Source of the DNA: Spirochaetia bacterium
GTDB taxonomy: Bacteria; Spirochaetota; Spirochaetia; CAKZLE01
NCBI GenBank assembly: GCA_963677595.1
Contig: OY782041.1
Location: 2,528,001-2,592,000, forward strand
DNA length: 64,000 bases
Direction: 5' to 3'
Below are positions 47,772-58,175 of this stretch, one piece after another (positions within the stretch are counted from its first letter, which is position 1; every line of letters begins with the position of its first letter). Both the position numbers and the translations under genes were made by a program. The notes below the pieces were generated by a model. That model saw only the letters and a list, made by a program, of their open reading frames with translations, made no database searches and had not been told where the DNA came from.

Positions 47772-49649
47772 ATGATTAACGAGAAAGGCTTCAGCAACCA
47801 CTACCTCTATATCAACCTGACCGATCGGAGCTGGTCCGTCAGGCGCCTGACGGAGAAGGAGCTTACCGACTACATCGGGGGGAAGGGGACCGGGCTGAAG
47901 CTCTTCAATGACCATTTTCAGGACCTCGCACAGATCGACCCGCTCGGGGAGGAGAACCTCCTCTGTTTCACGATGAGCCCCCTCCTCGCGACCGGTGCTC
48001 CCTGCAGCGCCCGGTTCGACGGCGTGACGAAATCTCCCCTCACCGGCATCATGGTCACCTCCTCCTGCGGGGGACCCTTCGGCTATGCCTGCAAGACCGC
48101 CGGCTGGGACGGCATCCTCATAGAGGGGCGTTCGAAGGAACCGGTCCTGCTCTCCGTCAATTATGAGGGGGTCGACTTCCTTGATGCGAAGCACCTGTGG
48201 GGGATGGGCACGGCACAGGCCCAGGGGGCCCTGGGGCTCAGTCCGAAGGATGCTGCCCTCGTCATCGGCCCCGCGGGGGAGAATCTCGTCCCCTATGCGA
48301 ACATCTGTTCCGGTGAACGGTTCCTCGGACGCGGCGGTATGGGAGCGGTCATGGGATCGAAGAACCTGAAGGCCGTTGTCGCGAGGGGGAGGGCCTACCA
48401 GGTCTCCCCGGCACATGAACGGCAGTTCCGCAGGTTGTCGAAGAGGACCAGGAAGTATATCGAACGCAACAGGTACCTGCAGCAGTACCGGAAGTACGGT
48501 ACCAATACCAATGTGGCGATCAGCATGGAACAGGGTTTCGCCCCCGTTGACAACTTCAGGCGCCGAACCGATAAACGGATCAGGCACCTGACTGGTGAAC
48601 TGCAGCAGGACCGGTACCGCACCCGCTTCTCGGCCTGCCGGCACTGTTCCATCCTCTGCGGCCACAAGGGGTACTACCCTGACGGGAAGCTCCGCCAGAT
48701 ACCCGAGTATGAGACGACCGGCATGTTCGGCCCGAACATCGGGAACTACAACCCCGATATCATCGGGCAGTGGAACGAGCAGCTCAACGACCTCGGTCTT
48801 GATACCATCTCCGCGGGCGGGACCATCGCCTGGGCGATGGAAGCAACGGAGGAGGGGATCTTCTCAAGCGACCTTGCCTTCGGGCACCCGGAGAACATCA
48901 CTGAGACGATCGCCGCGATTGCCTCCCGGACAGGCATCGGCGAGGAGCTCGCCCTCGGTTCCAGGGCATTGAGTGAGAAATACGGGGGGGCAGGGTATGC
49001 CTGCCAGGTGAAGGGGATGGAACTTGCCGCCTACGACCCGAGGGGGTCCTGGGGACAGGGACTTGCCTATGCGGTGAACAACCGCGGCAGCTGCCACCTC
49101 GGCTCATACATGGTCGGTCCCGAAGCCATGTTTGGCTTCCTCCATCCGCATTCCACGAGGTCGAAGGCCCATTGGGCCTGCTTCTTCGAGAATATCTATA
49201 CCGGGATCAACTCCCTGCAGACCTGCCAGTTCATGGCGTTCGCCGTCCTGCTCGAGCCTCCCATCGTGAGGTTGACCCCCGCCCCGATCCTCAGCTTCGC
49301 CATGAGCCGGCTTCCCGGCCTTGCCGCAGCCCTGATGGACTGGGGCATCCTCAGCGGCTTCTTCGAGGCCTCGACCGGGCTGACGATGAGCCAGCGGGAT
49401 TTCTATACTGCCGGTGAACGGATCCATGTGCTGGAACGGTGGATGAACACGAGGATGGGGATCTCCGCTGAGGACGATACCCTCCCTGCCAGGTTCCTCG
49501 AACCGTCGGAGGGAGATGGGTCAGGGAAGCAGGTCGACCTTGAGCCGATGGTACGGGAGTATTATGAGATCCGCGGATATGATGAGAACGGGATCCCGAG
49601 GGACTCGACACTCGAGCGCCTCGGGCTGGTCCCGCATGCTCAGCAGTAG
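47772..49649 (+). CDS. aor: Aldehyde:ferredoxin oxidoreductase (W/Mo-pterin)
   Basis: KSPLTG, IGPAGEN, GRGGMGAVMGSKNLKA, EYET, GLDTIS and AYDPR motifs. Confidence 0.93.
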   Translation: MINEKGFSNHYLYINLTDRSWSVRRLTEKELTDYIGGKGTGLKLFNDHFQDLAQIDPLGEENLLCFTMSPLLATGAPCSARFDGVTKSPLTGIMVTSSCGGPFGYACKTAGWDGILIEGRSKEPVLLSVNYEGVDFLDAKHLWGMGTAQAQGALGLSPKDAALVIGPAGENLVPYANICSGERFLGRGGMGAVMGSKNLKAVVARGRAYQVSPAHERQFRRLSKRTRKYIERNRYLQQYRKYGTNTNVAISMEQGFAPVDNFRRRTDKRIRHLTGELQQDRYRTRFSACRHCSILCGHKGYYPDGKLRQIPEYETTGMFGPNIGNYNPDIIGQWNEQLNDLGLDTISAGGTIAWAMEATEEGIFSSDLAFGHPENITETIAAIASRTGIGEELALGSRALSEKYGGAGYACQVKGMELAAYDPRGSWGQGLAYAVNNRGSCHLGSYMVGPEAMFGFLHPHSTRSKAHWACFFENIYTGINSLQTCQFMAFAVLLEPPIVRLTPAPILSFAMSRLPGLAAALMDWGILSGFFEASTGLTMSQRDFYTAGERIHVLERWMNTRMGISAEDDTLPARFLEPSEGDGSGKQVDLEPMVREYYEIRGYDENGIPRDSTLERLGLVPHAQQ

Positions 49650-50839
49650 TCCTTCAGGACCGATTCCAGGATATGCATCGCGGTCTTGACCTCCTCGGTG
49701 GAGACGACCAGCGGCGGTACGAACCTGACGACATGGGTACCTGAGCCGACGAGCAGCAGTCCCTTCTCAAGACAGCCTGCTATGACAGGCTTCACTTCCC
49801 TGGTGAGCTCCATCCCCATCATGAGTCCCATGCCCCTGACTTCCTTGACCAGGGAAGGGTAGGTACTTGCCATACCGAGCAGCATATCCTTGAGGAGCCT
49901 TGACGATTCCTGGATGGCGGCGAGGAACCCATGGCTCTTCAGCAATGATGTCATGTACCCTGCTGCGGCACCCGCGAGGAAGTTGCCGCCGAAGGTGGAG
50001 GCATGGTCACCCGGCTCGAAGGTATCTGCCGCCTTCTCCCCGATGACGAGCGCCCCGGTCGGGACTCCCGCACCGAGGGCCTTGGCAAGCGAGACGGCAT
50101 CCGGCTTCACGCCGAACTGCTGGTATGCGAAGGGCAGGCCGGTCCTGCCCATGCCGCACTGGACCTCATCGAAGATCAGCAGGATGTCATGCTCATCGCA
50201 CAGGTCCCTGACTCCCTTGAGGAATGCCTGTTCTGCAGGCCTGATGCCCCCCTCGCCCTGGATGGGTTCGATGAGGATCGCGCAGGTCCTGCTGTCGATC
50301 AGGGACTTGACGCTCTCGAGGTCGTTGAACTCGGCATACGTGATGTCCGGCATCATCGGGGCGAAGTTCTTATGGTACTTCTGCTGCCCGGTAGCCGTCA
50401 CGGCACCGTAGGTCCTGCCGTGGAACGAGTTGGCCATGGAGATGATCTTGTTGGCATTGGGGCTCTTGTGCTTGTGCCCGTACTTCCGTGCCAGCTTCAG
50501 CGCCGCCTCGTTCGCCTCGGCGCCGCTGTTGCAGAAGAAGACGTTCTTCAGGCCGCTCAGCTCGACGAGGTTCTGTGCCGCCTGGATGGCATAGTTGTTC
50601 CAGTAGAGGTTGGAGCAGTGGAGGATCCCCCCCTGCAGCACCTTCTCGAGTGCCGCGGTCAGGCCGGTGTGGCCGTAGCCCAGGGCATTCACGGCGATGC
50701 CTGCCACGAAGTCGAGGTACTCCTTGCCGTCACTGTCGGTGACGGTACAGCCTTCCCCCGATTCCAGCACGATGGGGAACTGTGCATAGGTCGGTGCGAA
50801 CACCTGTCCCCCTGTCTGTATGATCTCTTGCGTCTTCAT
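49640..50839 (-). CDS. argD: Acetylornithine aminotransferase
   Basis: NSGAEANE, FHGRT, EPIQGEGG, DEVQCG.GRTG and H.STFGGN motifs. Confidence 0.93.
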   Translation of the reverse strand: MKTQEIIQTGGQVFAPTYAQFPIVLESGEGCTVTDSDGKEYLDFVAGIAVNALGYGHTGLTAALEKVLQGGILHCSNLYWNNYAIQAAQNLVELSGLKNVFFCNSGAEANEAALKLARKYGHKHKSPNANKIISMANSFHGRTYGAVTATGQQKYHKNFAPMMPDITYAEFNDLESVKSLIDSRTCAILIEPIQGEGGIRPAEQAFLKGVRDLCDEHDILLIFDEVQCGMGRTGLPFAYQQFGVKPDAVSLAKALGAGVPTGALVIGEKAADTFEPGDHASTFGGNFLAGAAAGYMTSLLKSHGFLAAIQESSRLLKDMLLGMASTYPSLVKEVRGMGLMMGMELTREVKPVIAGCLEKGLLLVGSGTHVVRFVPPLVVSTEEVKTAMHILESVLKDYC

Positions 50840-51711
50840 TCTGCATCCCCCTCCGCGGTGATCATGGTGCCGATCCCCTTGTTTGTGAATATCTCGAGCA
50901 GCATGCAGTGCTCGATCCTCCCGTCGAGGATATGGACCCGCTTCACGCCCTTCTCGATGCCGTCTATGCAGCAGAGGGCCTTGGGGATCATCCCCCCTGA
51001 GATGGTCCCGTCCTCGATGAGCTTCTTCGCGCTCGTCACGTCGATACGCCTGATGATGGAGTCCTCGTCGTTGACATCCTTCATGATGCCCTCGACATCG
51101 GTCAGGAAGACGAGCTTCTCGGCGTTCAGCGCACCGGCGATGGCAGAGGCTGCGAAATCGGCATTGATGTTGTAGGTATGCCCCAGACTGTCCGTCCCGA
51201 TCGGTGCGATGACGGGGATGAAGTCGTTCTCTATGAGTGAGGAGATGAGCGAAGGGTTCACCCTCCTGATCGACCCGACGAAGCCGACATCCTCCCCGTT
51301 GACGAGGTGTTTCTCCGCTTCGAGGGTGTTCGCATCCTTCCCGTTGATCCCGACGGCATTGATCCCGTGGAGCTGGAGGGTCGCGACGATCTGCTTGTTG
51401 ATGTTCCCCGAGAGGACCATCTCAGCCACCTCGGCTGTCTCCTCGTCAGTGACCCGCAGCCCGTTCTTGAAGACTGTCTCCTTCCCCAGCCGGGAGAGGA
51501 GGTCGGTGATCTTCTTCCCGCCGCCGTGAACGATGACCGGCTTCATGCCGACCCGCTTCATCAGGACGATGTCCTCGATGACCTTCTCCTTGATGGTCTC
51601 GTCGGTCATGGCACTGCCGCCGTACTTGACGACGACGACCTGCCCGTAGAAGCTCTTGATGTAGGGGAGTGCCTCGATGAGCACATTCGCTTTCTCTATA
51701 TATTTTTCCAT
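50836..51711 (-). CDS. argB: Acetylglutamate kinase
   Basis: EALPYI, VKYGG, VHGGG, YNINAD and GGMIPK motifs. Confidence 0.95.
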   Translation of the reverse strand: MEKYIEKANVLIEALPYIKSFYGQVVVVKYGGSAMTDETIKEKVIEDIVLMKRVGMKPVIVHGGGKKITDLLSRLGKETVFKNGLRVTDEETAEVAEMVLSGNINKQIVATLQLHGINAVGINGKDANTLEAEKHLVNGEDVGFVGSIRRVNPSLISSLIENDFIPVIAPIGTDSLGHTYNINADFAASAIAGALNAEKLVFLTDVEGIMKDVNDEDSIIRRIDVTSAKKLIEDGTISGGMIPKALCCIDGIEKGVKRVHILDGRIEHCMLLEIFTNKGIGTMITAEGDAE

Positions 51712-51721
51712 TGTGTTTCTC

Positions 51722-52948
51722 CTAGGTCCTGTACTCACCGTTGATCTTCACATACTCATAGCTGAGGTCGCAGCCCCAGGCGGTAGCCTCGGCACTGCCT
51801 TCAGCCATGGTCATGGTCATGGTGATCTCGTTCTCTTGCAGGATGGTCAGGGCCTCCTCCTCGCTGAAGGGGACCGGTGTCCCGTCGGTGAGCAGCGTGA
51901 TGCTCCTGGCATCACTGCTGATCACCAGGGAAACCCCTGCAGGGTCGAAGGCGACGCCGGAGTAGCCGGCAGCGCAGAGGATCCTGCCCCAGTTGGCATC
52001 CTCGCCGAAGAAGGCGGTCTTCACCAGGTTCGAGGTGATGATCGACTTCGCGATGGTACGGGCATCCCCGACTGAAGCGGCCCCTTGCACCACGGCAGTG
52101 AGGAACTTGCTCGCTCCCTCCCCATCCTTGACGATCTGTTTCGCCAGGTAGGTATGCACGGCATCGAAGGCCTCCTTGAACTCCCCGTAGAAGGGGGAAT
52201 CCTCGGTGATCACGTCCGCACCGGATGCGCCGTTGGCCATCACGAGGACGGTGTCGTTGGTGCTGGTGTCCCCGTCGACGGAGATCATGTTGTAGCTCTC
52301 GCTGATGGAGGAACCCACCATGCGGGAGAGCAGCTCCTTGGGGACTGCTGCATCGGTCACGATGAACGAGAGCATGGTTGCCATGTTCGGGTGGATCATC
52401 CCTGACCCCTTGGCAAAGCCGGCGATCCGTACCGGGATGCCACCGAGTTCCACCTCGACGGCTATCTCCTTCTTGAAGGTGTCGGTAGTCAGGATCGCCT
52501 GTGCCGCATCGTCAGCGCTCTTCTCATCGGTGCCGAGCAGTCCCGCGATCTGTGCGATCCCCTTCTTCACCGTCTCCATCGGCATGGGGACGCCGATCAC
52601 GCCGGTCGAGCAGACACAGACCTGCCCGGCGGCGATCCCGCCCCCGAGCGCCTCTGCCGTCGCTGCAGCCATCTCGAAGCAGTCTTGCTCTCCCTGCTTC
52701 CCGGTGCAGGCATTGGCGTTCCCGCTGTTGATGATGATGGCGTGGGCAGTCTCCCCGCTGGAAACCACCTGCTCGTCCCAGAGGACCGGCGCTGCCTTCA
52801 CCACATTCTGGGTGAAAGCCCCGGCGATCTGCGCCGGAGTCTCACTGTAGATGAGGGCCAGGTCCTTCTTAGCCTTCTTGATGCCCGCATACATGCCCGC
52901 GGCCTGGTATCCTTTCGGGGAGGTGATCCCCCCTGGTATGATCTTCAT
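51722..52948 (-). CDS. argJ: Ornithine acetyltransferase / N-acetylglutamate synthase
   Basis: NSGNANACTG, KGSGMIHPNMATML, DGDTSTND and INGEYRT motifs. Confidence 0.95.
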   Translation of the reverse strand: MKIIPGGITSPKGYQAAGMYAGIKKAKKDLALIYSETPAQIAGAFTQNVVKAAPVLWDEQVVSSGETAHAIIINSGNANACTGKQGEQDCFEMAAATAEALGGGIAAGQVCVCSTGVIGVPMPMETVKKGIAQIAGLLGTDEKSADDAAQAILTTDTFKKEIAVEVELGGIPVRIAGFAKGSGMIHPNMATMLSFIVTDAAVPKELLSRMVGSSISESYNMISVDGDTSTNDTVLVMANGASGADVITEDSPFYGEFKEAFDAVHTYLAKQIVKDGEGASKFLTAVVQGAASVGDARTIAKSIITSNLVKTAFFGEDANWGRILCAAGYSGVAFDPAGVSLVISSDARSITLLTDGTPVPFSEEEALTILQENEITMTMTMAEGSAEATAWGCDLSYEYVKINGEYRT

Positions 52949-52961
52949 ATGGTATAGTCCT

Positions 52962-54005
52962 CTACATGGGGAAGCCGGGGATGAGATCAAGCCCGGTCTC
53001 TTCCGGCAGGCCGCAGATGATGTTCATGTTCTGCACTGCCTGTCCTGAAGCCCCTTTCACCAGATTGTCGATCGCCCCTGAGACGATGACCCGTCCTGTC
53101 CTCTGGTCTACCGTGAACCCGATATCGCAGATGTTCGACCCCTTGACCCAGCGGGTCTCGGGGAATGTTCCCGGCTGCAGGAGCCGGATGAACCGTTCGT
53201 TGCCGTAATGGGCCCGGTAGGAGGTCTCGATCATCTCAAGCGTCACACCCTCCTTCAGGGATGCATAGGCCGTGACGAGGATGCCCCGGTTCATCGGTAC
53301 GAGATGGGGCGTGAAGCTCAGGGTCACCGGTGTGCCGGCTGCCCTGGAGAGCTGTTCCTCGATCTCGGGGGTGTGTCGGTGGCTCGCTACCCCGTAGGCC
53401 TTGATCGACTCGTTCACCTCTCCGTAGAGGGTAGCCGTCGATGCCTTCCTGCCTGCGCCTGAGACGCCCGACTTCGCGTCGATGATGATGCTTTCGATGT
53501 CTATGAGCCCGTCAGAGACGAGCGGGGTCAGGCTCAGGATCGAGCAGGTCGTGTAGCAGCCGGGGTTCGCGATGAGCCGTGCCCCGGCGATCTCCTCCCG
53601 GTAGAGCTCACACAGGCCGTAGACGGCCTCTCCCAGAAGCTCCGGTGATCCATGGCCGGTCTTGTACCACTGCTCGTAGACTCCCTGGTCCTTCAGCCGG
53701 TAGTCCGCCCCGAGGTCGATGACCTTGCACGTCGCTAACAGTGAGTCGCTCACCTGGTGTGATGCGATCCCATGGGGAAGCGCGACGAAGAGCACGTCGC
53801 AGCGTTCTGCGGCCTCCTCGATGGTGAGGTTCTCGCACGTCTTGTCCATATACTGGAGCGCATTGCCGTAGATGGAGCTGAACGGTTTCCCGTCATAGGA
53901 CTGTGACGTGAGTACGGAGATCTCAGTCTCCGGGTGGTTATGGAGCAGCCTGATCAGTTCCTGACCGGTGTATCCTGTTGCCCCGATGATTCCAACCTGT
54001 ATCAT
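52962..54005 (-). CDS. argC: N-acetyl-gamma-glutamyl-phosphate reductase
   Basis: GATGYTG, ANPGCY, SGVSGAG, HRH.PEI and DNLVKGASGQAVQN motifs. Confidence 0.95.
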   Translation of the reverse strand: MIQVGIIGATGYTGQELIRLLHNHPETEISVLTSQSYDGKPFSSIYGNALQYMDKTCENLTIEEAAERCDVLFVALPHGIASHQVSDSLLATCKVIDLGADYRLKDQGVYEQWYKTGHGSPELLGEAVYGLCELYREEIAGARLIANPGCYTTCSILSLTPLVSDGLIDIESIIIDAKSGVSGAGRKASTATLYGEVNESIKAYGVASHRHTPEIEEQLSRAAGTPVTLSFTPHLVPMNRGILVTAYASLKEGVTLEMIETSYRAHYGNERFIRLLQPGTFPETRWVKGSNICDIGFTVDQRTGRVIVSGAIDNLVKGASGQAVQNMNIICGLPEETGLDLIPGFPM

Positions 54006-54017
54006 GTCTACCCTCTT

Positions 54018-54106
54018 ATGTATAAATATACAATCAAATTCCCATTTAGTTGGATAATTATACAAGATTGTACGGTTTTGTATAGCCTTTTTGTATAAAT
54101 ATCTAA
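54018..54106. promoter_or_regulatory. ArgR operator (ARG) boxes upstream of argC
   Basis: ATGTATAAATATACAA (54018), TTGGATAATTATACAA (54050) and TTGTATAAATATCTAA (54091) resemble the TG-x-AT-W4-AT-x-CA consensus. Confidence 0.75.
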
Positions 54107-54113
54107 TAATTTT

Positions 54114-54656
54114 CTACAGTTTCAGGTGCATATGCATCAGCTGCCTCGCCCGGTGGAGCTCCCGGACCTCGATCGCATCAGCAGTGATGATCCCGTAGGT
54201 CGCTCTCTGCCCGCCCCTCGGTTGTGCGATGGAGCCCGGATTGAGCAGGTAGAGGTCTCGCTCGGCGAGCCAGGAGGCCTCCGGGCGATGGGTGTGGCCG
54301 GAGATGAAGATGGCCCCCGGGGGGAGGAGCGGGGGGTGGGCAGGGGTGATCCGGTTCCCGTGGGTCAGGAAGACATGCCTCCCGGCAAAGGAGAACTGCT
54401 GGAACTCAGGCAGGGGGAAGAAGAGTACCTGCTCCTCCCAGGAGGAGTCGCAGTTGCCCCCGACTGCCGTGATGTGGTTCCTGAAGGAGTTGAGCGCCCC
54501 GGCGAGCTGCTCGCTGTACCGTGCGGTGATGTCCCCGGCGATCAGCAGGTGGTCTGCTTCCTCCTGTTCGTACCGTTCCCTCGCAGTGGTGAATGCCGCT
54601 TCCGACCCATGGAGGTCACTGATGACCATGATCCGCTTGTATGATGCTTCCCTCAT
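54114..54656 (-). CDS. YfcE-family metallophosphodiesterase
   Basis: SDLHG, GD, GNCD, THG, GHTH and NPGS motifs. Confidence 0.9.
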   Translation of the reverse strand: MREASYKRIMVISDLHGSEAAFTTARERYEQEEADHLLIAGDITARYSEQLAGALNSFRNHITAVGGNCDSSWEEQVLFFPLPEFQQFSFAGRHVFLTHGNRITPAHPPLLPPGAIFISGHTHRPEASWLAERDLYLLNPGSIAQPRGGQRATYGIITADAIEVRELHRARQLMHMHLKL

Positions 54657-54848
54657 AGGGAGATGGTATGCCGGTTATGGAAAACTTGCAATAAGAGGGG
54701 ATGAAAGAAACGACTTGATTTCCCGCTTCCCGGCTACTAGAATATTAGATACAGACTGTTAAAGAAGTTATCTGGCACATATATGTCAGGCAACTCATCG
54801 ATAGAGGGGTGTGTTCACAATATTCCCCATATAAAATAAGGAGCAGGT

Positions 54849-55766
54849 ATGGCAACGACAACAACATTCACCGCAAGTGATGGCAGGACCATCACCTATT
54901 ACACCTGGATCCCGAGGAAGGAGATCAAGGGTACCGTGCAGATCGTCCACGGCATGGCGGAGCACGCCATGCGGTATGACCACTTCGCAACGAAGTTGCG
55001 AACCAAGGGGTATGCGGTCTATGCCTGCGATCTCCGCGGCCATGGGAAGACAGCGGAAAGCCCTGAGGAGCTTGGCTATTTCGCTGAGGAGAACGGCTGG
55101 TCGCGTGTCGCCGATGATATCTACGAGCTGACGGGGATCCTCAAGGAGGAACAGCCCGACCAGCCGGTCTATCTCATCGGGCACAGCATGGGCTCATTCC
55201 TGGCTCGGACCCTCATGGTTGCACATGGAGATGCCTATGCCGGCGTCATCCTGTCCGGCACGGCAGCATCCCCGGGACTGCTCGGCGTCATCGGCAGGTT
55301 CCTTGCATCACGGGCAGTGAAGAAGGATGGGGGGAAGGTCCCGAATCCCACGCTTGACAAGATGAGCTTCGGGTCCTACAACAAGGCCTTCGCCCCGAAC
55401 CGGACGAAGTTCGACTGGCTCAGCCGGGACGAGGCCCAGGTAGACCTCTATGTGGAGGATCCCCTCTGCGGGTTCGTATGCACCTCGAAGTTCTATGAGG
55501 ATCTCCTTGGCGGGCTGCTCTTTGTCAATGATGCCCAACAGGCAGGACAGATCCGGAAGGACCTGCCGGTACTGCTGATCAGCGGTGACAAGGATCCTGT
55601 CGGAAAGATGGGGACCGGGGTGAAGAAGGTGTATGAGCTGTACCGGGCTGCGGGACTGTCAGATGTCTCGATTGAGTTGATTCCCGGTGCCCGTCATGAG
55701 GTCTTCAACGAGACGGACAGGAATGACAGCGAGAATCTCTGTATCGCCTGGATCACCTCGCACTAG
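54849..55766 (+). CDS. Alpha/beta hydrolase (lysophospholipase-like)
   Basis: HGMAEH..RY, DLRGHG, GHSMGS and RHE..NE motifs. Confidence 0.92.
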   Translation: MATTTTFTASDGRTITYYTWIPRKEIKGTVQIVHGMAEHAMRYDHFATKLRTKGYAVYACDLRGHGKTAESPEELGYFAEENGWSRVADDIYELTGILKEEQPDQPVYLIGHSMGSFLARTLMVAHGDAYAGVILSGTAASPGLLGVIGRFLASRAVKKDGGKVPNPTLDKMSFGSYNKAFAPNRTKFDWLSRDEAQVDLYVEDPLCGFVCTSKFYEDLLGGLLFVNDAQQAGQIRKDLPVLLISGDKDPVGKMGTGVKKVYELYRAAGLSDVSIELIPGARHEVFNETDRNDSENLCIAWITSH

Positions 55767-56794
55767 ATGAGGACATAGCCGAGGATGGTGTAGGAGAGGT
55801 AGAGGGCGAACATGACAAAGCCCTCCCTCCTGCCTATCAGCGGTCTCCCGAGGGTGAGGAAGAGCTTGAAGACAACGAGGATCAGCAGCATGAAGGGGAT
55901 GTGGAACCAGTAGAAGTAATGAGGTACCACGATACCTCCCGTTGTCACAGCAGTCGATGCACCGATGACGAAGAGGATGTTCAGGATGTCGGCGCCGATG
56001 ACGTTCCCCACGGCAAGTTCCCCGTGGCCCTTGCGTGAAGCCTGGATGGCGGTGATCAGTTCCGGCAGGGAGGTCCCGAAGGCTACGAGGGTCGCCGCGA
56101 TGATGCTCTGAGGGATCCCGATCCGTATAGCAGTCTCCTCTACCGTCGGCAGCAGTACCTTCGATGAGAGGATGATCAGCGCAAGCCCGACGGCGAGCTT
56201 GACGAGGACGACCGGGACCGGTGCATGGTCATGCTCGGCGGCCTCATGCTCGATGTCGACCGACTCGAGCTTCCCCGTCTTCGCCTTCCTGAATGAGAGA
56301 TAGAGATAGGTTATAAGCAGGATGAGGAGGATGAACCCCACCCACTGGGGGATGCTCCCGTCCCGTGAGAACATGCCTGAGAGATGCGAATAGGGGAGGG
56401 CTATCAGGACGAGGAGGAGCCCGGAACCGAGCTGGATCCAGCTCTGGCTGTCGGTCGTGGACCGGTGGACCGGCAGCGGCCGGATCATGCTGGCGATCCC
56501 GATGATCAGGGATGAGTCGCAGATGACCGACCCGATGGCATTCCCCAGGGCGATATCGGGATTGCCCCCGACCGCGGCAGCCACGGAGACCGTCGCCTCC
56601 GGGAGGGTCGTACCGAGACTGACGATGGTCGCCCCGATGATGACTTTGGGTATGCCCCACCTCACCGAGAGCGTTACCGCCTCGTCGACGAGGATGTCGG
56701 CTCCCTTGCTCAGGGTTCCCAATGTTCCGAGAATGATGATGAATAGGACGATGATCGGCAGTTCCGATGTGAGTTCAATGATCCATTGCTCCAT
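55763..56794 (-). CDS. Calcium/sodium antiporter (YrbG-like)
   Basis: Two alpha repeats GTTLPE / GTSLPE; GN.IG motif. Confidence 0.92.
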   Translation of the reverse strand: MEQWIIELTSELPIIVLFIIILGTLGTLSKGADILVDEAVTLSVRWGIPKVIIGATIVSLGTTLPEATVSVAAAVGGNPDIALGNAIGSVICDSSLIIGIASMIRPLPVHRSTTDSQSWIQLGSGLLLVLIALPYSHLSGMFSRDGSIPQWVGFILLILLITYLYLSFRKAKTGKLESVDIEHEAAEHDHAPVPVVLVKLAVGLALIILSSKVLLPTVEETAIRIGIPQSIIAATLVAFGTSLPELITAIQASRKGHGELAVGNVIGADILNILFVIGASTAVTTGGIVVPHYFYWFHIPFMLLILVVFKLFLTLGRPLIGRREGFVMFALYLSYTILGYVLI

Positions 56795-56936
56795 AGTGAT
56801 CCTCCGGGATGCTGTTCAACCACCAATCATAGCCGCAAGGACAAGATACTTCAATACGGTTTACCGATATTTAAGTTGAATTGCTTTCCCATAAACGATA
56901 TGATGGACAGCAGGTGCACCGGGCACCGTATGAGGA

Positions 56937-58169
56937 GTGAGTGACCAAGTGAGTGCCAGACAATCGTCAGTATACCGTATCTACCTGTTCATCAAGATGG
57001 TGGCGAAGAAGTTCGACAAGGACAAGTGCTTCATCCTCGCATCGAGTGTCGTCTATGCCACCCTGATCTCCTCCGTCCCCTTCCTGGCATTCATCATCGC
57101 GCTGTTGACCGCCTTCGGGGCCTTCGATATCGCGAGGGAGGCCCTGCTGGAACTGGTAGCCCAGCAGTTCGGGGCGACAGCCGGGGGCCAGCTGCTCAAT
57201 GTCGTCGAGGGGTTCACGCGGAATGCGAGCAGCCTCGGGGTCGTCGGGCTCGTCTCCTTCCTCATCACCTCGATCATCCTGATCAACCGGGTCTGGGTGA
57301 CGATCAACCAGATCTACCATACGTCCACGAACCGGAACCAGGTGACCAGGTTCATCCAGTTCATCACCTTCCTCGTGGTCGGTACCCTGCTCATCAGCGC
57401 CTACTTCAGTGTGAACACCCTCATGAGTGACTTCCTCAGCCAGTACTATGCCCTTACCGCGTTCAAGTCCTTCATCGGAAAGGTCGGGCCGTTCCTGATC
57501 CTCTACCTGATCTTCTTCCTCCTGATCACCGTCATCCCGAACACCAAGGTGCGGATCCGGTCAGCCCTGCTCGGGGCCTTTGTCGGCACGCTGGTCTTCC
57601 AGACCGTGAACTGGGTCTTCAACCGGATCATCATGGGACTGCTCAACTATTCGATCATCTACGGCTCCCTCGGGTCGGTCCTCATGGTCCTCTTCTGGAT
57701 CTACCTCTGGTGGGTCATCATCTTCTGGGCGATCGAGGTCGCCTATGTCCACCAGTACCGTCCGGAGGAGGTCACCCGCAGGGGGCTTCCCAATCCGCCT
57801 TCCGAGCAGATCGCCTGCGGCTTCGACATCCTCAATATGCTGGCGACCAACTTCAAGCAGGGACGGGGGGCGATGAACACCCGGGACCTGGGACTCAAGC
57901 TGAAGATACCGGACCGCACGCTCTTCACCTATCTCGACCTGCTCGAGCAGTGCGGCTATGTCATCAAGATGGACCGGACCGGCAGGCATTATATACCTGC
58001 ACGTCCCCTGGATGATATCTCGACCGAGGAGATCGCAGCCGTGATCTACGGCTGCAGGGCCGATACCGAGAACATGAGCGAGGGGGAGCTGCTCGCGCGG
58101 CAGCTCTATGAGTCCGGAGTCGGCAGTCTGCCGAAGAAGACCCTCCAGGAGCTGGAACCTGACGAGTAG
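56937..58169 (+). CDS. YihY/BrkB family membrane protein with C-terminal winged-helix extension
   Basis: Y.TL.S.VP, N.I, IYGSL and W.Y..W motifs; C-terminal YIPARP. Confidence 0.87.
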   Translation: MSDQVSARQSSVYRIYLFIKMVAKKFDKDKCFILASSVVYATLISSVPFLAFIIALLTAFGAFDIAREALLELVAQQFGATAGGQLLNVVEGFTRNASSLGVVGLVSFLITSIILINRVWVTINQIYHTSTNRNQVTRFIQFITFLVVGTLLISAYFSVNTLMSDFLSQYYALTAFKSFIGKVGPFLILYLIFFLLITVIPNTKVRIRSALLGAFVGTLVFQTVNWVFNRIIMGLLNYSIIYGSLGSVLMVLFWIYLWWVIIFWAIEVAYVHQYRPEEVTRRGLPNPPSEQIACGFDILNMLATNFKQGRGAMNTRDLGLKLKIPDRTLFTYLDLLEQCGYVIKMDRTGRHYIPARPLDDISTEEIAAVIYGCRADTENMSEGELLARQLYESGVGSLPKKTLQELEPDE

Positions 58170-58175
58170 GGGGGC

